NCBI GenBank assembly: GCA_042217555.1
Contig: JBDGSL010000006.1
Span: 1-20,054 of the forward strand
Direction of reading: 5' to 3'
Length of the DNA: 20,054 nt
DNA from: Candidatus Nanohalobium sp.
GTDB lineage: Archaea; Nanohalarchaeota; Nanosalinia; Nanosalinales; Nanosalinaceae
Each line of letters opens with the position of its first letter. Within the stretch, counting starts at the first letter, position 1. Below the pieces are notes generated by a model, which saw only the letters and a program-made list of their open reading frames with translations, had not been told where the DNA came from and made no database searches. The position numbers and the translations under genes are program-made. Shown here piece by piece: positions 17,027 through 20,054 of the stretch.

Positions 17027-17758
17027 ATGAGCAAAGCGGATAAAAAGCAGATATACGACTACATCAAAGAAAGAACTGAAAAAGCACTTCTACCTGTAAC
17101 TATGAACGATCTAAAAAAAGAGTTTGATCTCAGTGAGAAAACTATAAGGAAGAAAAGAGATCAGCTTAGACATCAAGGTAAAATCGTGAAGGCCTTGAAT
17201 AAAAGTATGAATGGACAGGAATACTATGTACCTTCCTTATACGATCCTGAAATACTTCTTGAGGACTACAATAGGCTTGCTGGCGAAATAAGAAAGGCAG
17301 TTATAGAGATAAGAGAGATAACATACTTTAAAAATCCTAGGAAGCAAGATGTCGCCGACTGGATAGATAGAGAGTGCAACGACCTATTCAAAAACACTTT
17401 TGATGCTGCTAGGCAAAAATACGGATTTGAATGGTACAAGCCAAGTGAGGAAGAGATCGAAAATGCAAAGTTAAAGACCCAATGGCTCATGAAAACATCT
17501 TTCAGGATGCACAAGAATTGGCACCCTCTTGGCAACTACGACGACGAGCGTATAGAAGATGAGATTAATGCTGATGAACCACTCATTGTTGCCAAAAATT
17601 TTGCTCAAGATCATTCTGATTTATTAGATGAATTTGAAGTCAAAGATAAGATGAAAGACAAATCAGGTGTACCCAAAGCTGCTTTAGTAGAAGTTCCGCA
17701 CAGGTTAAGACCTTTCGTGGACGATAACAAGTTTGGAGTAGAAATTCAGCCATTATAG
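17027..17758 (+). CDS. Winged-helix DNA-binding protein (putative repressor)
   Basis: N-terminal wHTH IYDYIKE...VTMNDLKKEFDLSEKTIRKKRDQLRHQGKIVK. ATG 17027 has GGTG upstream. Possible second HTH at PRKQDVADWI. Confidence 0.75.
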   Translation: MSKADKKQIYDYIKERTEKALLPVTMNDLKKEFDLSEKTIRKKRDQLRHQGKIVKALNKSMNGQEYYVPSLYDPEILLEDYNRLAGEIRKAVIEIREITYFKNPRKQDVADWIDRECNDLFKNTFDAARQKYGFEWYKPSEEEIENAKLKTQWLMKTSFRMHKNWHPLGNYDDERIEDEINADEPLIVAKNFAQDHSDLLDEFEVKDKMKDKSGVPKAALVEVPHRLRPFVDDNKFGVEIQPL

Positions 17759-17785
17759 ATCGTGGAAGTTAAGGATCACATAATC

Positions 17786-18310
17786 TCATTCACTCTCAGC
17801 AAGCATTACATAGATTACAAAACCAAAAGCACCAGCTGATATCACTTGACTAAATATCGATCTTATGTATACGGCAGTAGCACCGGAGAAAATAGATAAT
17901 GTAGGCACCACCACTAAGAAGCATATAAGAAATAAAACCGTTCTTTGAACCTTTTCAGCAGCTCTATCAAACAAGGGAAGGCCTTTCGCTCTTTTCATAC
18001 TTAAATTAATGTCTTTAGTTGACTCCCCAGATGAATATGGCATTAACTGTATTAACTGTATTTGAAGATCCTTAACAAATTCAAGTTCTTGCTGATACTT
18101 GCTGTAGTTTCTTTTCTTTACTGCATCATTCACAATATGTATCATAGGTAGTGAGAACGACAACACAATGCCTGAAAGGATGGATAGTAAAACAGAAGTG
18201 ACTGTTATCGGTTCAGAACTAAAGAATACATTTGATGACCAATGAAGGCACAGAGAAATGAATAGTACAAGTAAAAACAGTTTAAGACTATCAGAAAATC
18301 TTTTCCACAT
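17786..18310 (-). CDS. Integral membrane protein (about 4 TM helices)
   Basis: Two N-terminal and two C-terminal hydrophobic segments around a soluble loop. ATG 18310 is preferred over TTG 18337. Confidence 0.7.
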   Translation of the reverse strand: MWKRFSDSLKLFLLVLFISLCLHWSSNVFFSSEPITVTSVLLSILSGIVLSFSLPMIHIVNDAVKKRNYSKYQQELEFVKDLQIQLIQLMPYSSGESTKDINLSMKRAKGLPLFDRAAEKVQRTVLFLICFLVVVPTLSIFSGATAVYIRSIFSQVISAGAFGFVIYVMLAESE

Positions 18311-18370
18311 ACTCTTTAGTTTACATTTAAATCTCAAGTAATTTTTGATCTAGAGGAATCGAAGAAGAAA

Positions 18371-18751
18371 TTACCGACCGTTCCATTCAGGGTCAAACTT
18401 CTGAATCAATGGATTCTCTAATGCCCGAACCATGTCTAGTTCTAATCCTCTGTAACTGATTTGATTTGGCGATAGAGACCAAATACCTACTTCACTACCC
18501 GATTCCAACTTCTCAGTTATCTTCTCTTTTATTTTTTCATTGGTTTTTTGGCTTTCATGAGGATTCTTATAACCTGTAATCCTTGTTTTAAGCGTTTTAT
18601 TCGTCTTACCTATATACATAGGAACTCCATCAGATGTTATGACATAAACTGCCTCTTTAGATGAGTTAGCATTCAAGTCAAAGTCTACTTTACCGTTTTC
18701 CAGATAAAAGTTACCTGACTTCACAAAGCCATAATCCTCCAAATTTGTCAT
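18371..18751 (-). CDS. GIY-YIG nuclease
   Basis: AVYVI...MYIGKT...LKTRITGY, catalytic ALENPLI, C-terminal PEWN. Confidence 0.88.
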   Translation of the reverse strand: MTNLEDYGFVKSGNFYLENGKVDFDLNANSSKEAVYVITSDGVPMYIGKTNKTLKTRITGYKNPHESQKTNEKIKEKITEKLESGSEVGIWSLSPNQISYRGLELDMVRALENPLIQKFDPEWNGR

Positions 18752-18921
18752 AGATAAAATAGTCCTCAGTTACATGAAAAGCTTTCGATGCTGTGATGAT
18801 CTGGTTGAAAGAATATCTCACTTACTTCTCTTTTCTTAATAATCCCCTAGAGCATAAGAAGGTTTAGATCTTAAGAATTACTCGAACGAAAATCAAGAAA
18901 GGGCTACAAATGAGATACTTC

Positions 18922-18934
18922 AAGCCCCGAGAGG
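18922..18934 (+). repeat. attR core AAGCCCCGAGAGG
   Basis: Exact match to 42-54. Preceded by arm GGGCTACAAATGAGATACTTCAA, the inverse of 57-79. Confidence 0.85.
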
Positions 18935-19019
18935 GATGGAACCGAGCTCGGAAAGTCAGGCAGGCATTCTAAGTATTCTTGCTTAAATTTTAAGTATCTT
19001 TAACCGTTTTTATAACTGT

Positions 19020-19163
19020 ATGAAAATGCAGGTTAAGCCAAATGGTCAAGCCGTCATCACCATCCCAAAGAAACTAAGGAAAGCCAAAGACTGGGAAGAT
19101 AAAGAAGAACTAGAATGGAATATAAACAACCAAGGAGATCTAGAACTTAGGGAAAAGAACTAG
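19020..19163 (+). CDS. AbrB/MazE/SpoVT-family DNA-binding protein (47 aa)
   Basis: Read by hand: MKMQVKPNGQAVITIPKKLRKAKDWEDKEELEWNINNQGDLELREKN*, matching the swapped-hairpin pattern GQ..ITIPK.LR. TATA-like TTTAAGTA about 25 nt upstream suggests a leaderless mRNA. Missed by the ORF track. Confidence 0.85.
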   Translation: MKMQVKPNGQAVITIPKKLRKAKDWEDKEELEWNINNQGDLELREKN

Positions 19164-19272
19164 ATAAAGCAGAAAAGAGATTTCGAGAATATATCGTTGA
19201 GTCTTCTACTCCACTTATTCTAAACATTTACATTAGACACCAGGGGTGTTTTAAGCCGCCCTCTATCTTTCT

Positions 19273-19291
19273 ATTAACCCTTAGGGTTAAT
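19273..19291. promoter_or_regulatory. Perfect palindrome ATTAACCCT-T-AGGGTTAAT (putative operator)
   Basis: 9-bp perfect arms in intergenic DNA upstream of the micro-ORF operon. Confidence 0.5.
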
Positions 19292-19423
19292 TTACTAACT
19301 TTAGAAGAGAAAAACGTCTTTAACTTTAAGATATAACTCTAAAAGTGAAGCTCAAGAGTTTATTTAGGCCAAAAGCATAAAAAACATCTAATCAACATAT
19401 TTTACAGAAGGTGAAACCGCTTT

Positions 19424-19564
19424 ATGACAAATACCGAACGAAAAAATCAGTGCTCTGTCTATGGAGAAAACTGGGCAGAGTCTATGCCGCCAAATATGGT
19501 AGAGACCGCAATTGAAAACGGAAAAATCGATGAAAGCTGCAGAAGCGAGGATAACAGTGAATAG
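19424..19564 (+). CDS. 46-aa hypothetical protein
   Basis: SD AAGGTGA. Reads MTNTERKNQCSVYGENWAESMPPNMVETAIENGKIDESCRSEDNSE*. Confidence 0.55.
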   Translation: MTNTERKNQCSVYGENWAESMPPNMVETAIENGKIDESCRSEDNSE

Positions 19565-19566
19565 CT

Positions 19567-19674
19567 ATGAAGAAACTTCCGCAGGCAGCAAAAGACCTAG
19601 AAAAACCGGAAAAATCCCTTAAAAAAAGCTTAAGAAACCTCTTAGAGCATCATTTAGAAGAGCAAACTGCATAA
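19567..19674 (+). CDS. 35-aa hypothetical protein
   Basis: Reads MKKLPQAAKDLEKPEKSLKKSLRNLLEHHLEEQTA*. Packed between neighbours 2 nt after the previous stop. Confidence 0.45.
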   Translation: MKKLPQAAKDLEKPEKSLKKSLRNLLEHHLEEQTA

Positions 19675-19686
19675 GAGGTGAGAAAA

Positions 19687-19920
19687 ATGAATAAGAGGAG
19701 GTATAGGGAAACTCCGAGAGAAAGATGGCTTAAAAAATTAAATAAATCCAGCGAATCGGTCAAGAATCAAGGCCAGAAACTACAACTCCCTGTCAGATTT
19801 GAGAGAAAAACTCTGAAACTAATTGAGAATATTTCTAGCACTTGTGGAGTCAGCAAGGCAGAGGCAGTTAGAAGACTTGTCAAACTAGGGATTAATCGGA
19901 GTAGAAGTGATCAAAAATGA
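19687..19920 (+). CDS. Ribbon-helix-helix (CopG-like) protein
   Basis: QLPVRFERKTLKLIENISSTCGVSKAEAVRRLVKLG fits the RHH pattern. SD GAGGTGA before ATG 19687. Confidence 0.8.
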   Translation: MNKRRYRETPRERWLKKLNKSSESVKNQGQKLQLPVRFERKTLKLIENISSTCGVSKAEAVRRLVKLGINRSRSDQK

Positions 19921-20054
19921 ACCAGAAAATAAACAAGCCCATTTCAGAGTTTACTGATAAGCAGTTAGAAGCCTATAAGACAGCGATGGAGGAGGCTAAG
20001 AAACCTCTAAATAGGAGACAACTCTACTTCAAAATCAGAGAAGAAAGGATTTAC
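19917..20054 (+). CDS. Hypothetical protein, truncated by the window end
   Basis: ATGA overlap with the RHH stop. Reads MNQKINKPISEFTDKQLEAYKTAMEEAKKPLNRRQLYFKIREERIY... with no stop in the window. Confidence 0.6.
   Translation, partial: MNQKINKPISEFTDKQLEAYKTAMEEAKKPLNRRQLYFKIREERIY

Larger units (their letters stand above)
42..18934. mobile_element. Integrative element (integrated plasmid or satellite-like defence island), about 18.9 kb, bounded by attL and attR
   Basis: 13-bp direct repeat at 42-54 and 18922-18934. The integrase starts 83 bp inside the left repeat. Inner arms 57-79 and 18901-18923 are inverted copies (19/23 identical). Rep, putative origin, second recombinase and defence cargo lie inside. 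No capsid or conjugation genes recognised. Confidence 0.85.

Noticed and set aside
463..17535. Other antisense ORFs in the track (e.g. 463-678, 1417-1797, 1913-2374, 9277-9573, 13303-13692, 17266-17535)
   Set aside because: They lie opposite well-supported genes and are Ser/Phe/Leu-rich, the expected mirror of acidic Glu/Lys-rich coding strands.
18922..19000. tRNA gene on the minus strand (GGTTCCATCCCTCTCGGGGCTT resembles a tRNA 3' end, and attL continues ...GGGGCTTACCA)
   Set aside because: There is no matching 5' acceptor strand about 70 nt upstream, no D or anticodon arms, and the T-loop and T-stem are non-canonical. The rebuilt attB folds better on the + strand.
19293..19303. TACTAACTTTA matching part of the dif-like site (15846-15856) as a partner recombination site
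   Set aside because: Only 11 AT-rich bases match and the right arm is missing, which is compatible with chance.
1..20054. CRISPR array, other repeat-spacer array, IS transposase or reverse transcriptase
   Set aside because: No regularly spaced repeats of 20 bp or more were seen in any intergenic region, and no cas, transposase or RT motifs occur in the ORFs.

Overview
The window holds an apparently complete integrative element of about 18.9 kb (42..18934) from a low-GC halophilic archaeon. The proteins are very acidic and carry GGTGA/GGAGGT Shine-Dalgarno motifs, so a Nanohaloarchaeota-like host is inferred. The element is bounded by a 13-bp direct repeat, AAGCCCCGAGAGG. Joining the two inner ends rebuilds a palindromic attP. 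Joining the two outer flanks rebuilds an RNA-like hairpin with a GAGA tetraloop that is not a tRNA. Cargo from left to right: zinc-ribbon tyrosine integrase; Eco57I-like N6-adenine methyltransferase coupled to a PLD-SNF2 helicase; two PD-(D/E)XK nucleases; a ParB/Srx-like protein; a DUF4352-like lipoprotein; a putative origin; an SF2-helicase/wHTH Rep with a candidate leader peptide and antisense RNA; a second tyrosine recombinase next to a dif-like site; a divergent wHTH regulatory switch; a membrane protein; and a GIY-YIG nuclease. The most unusual sequence signal is a mirror-image codon skew around the methyltransferase specificity region, with about 96 codons ending almost only in A/C on its left and 104 codons ending almost only in G/T on its right. 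Beyond attR lies a cluster of AbrB, RHH and micro-ORF genes that looks like another mobile element or virus.
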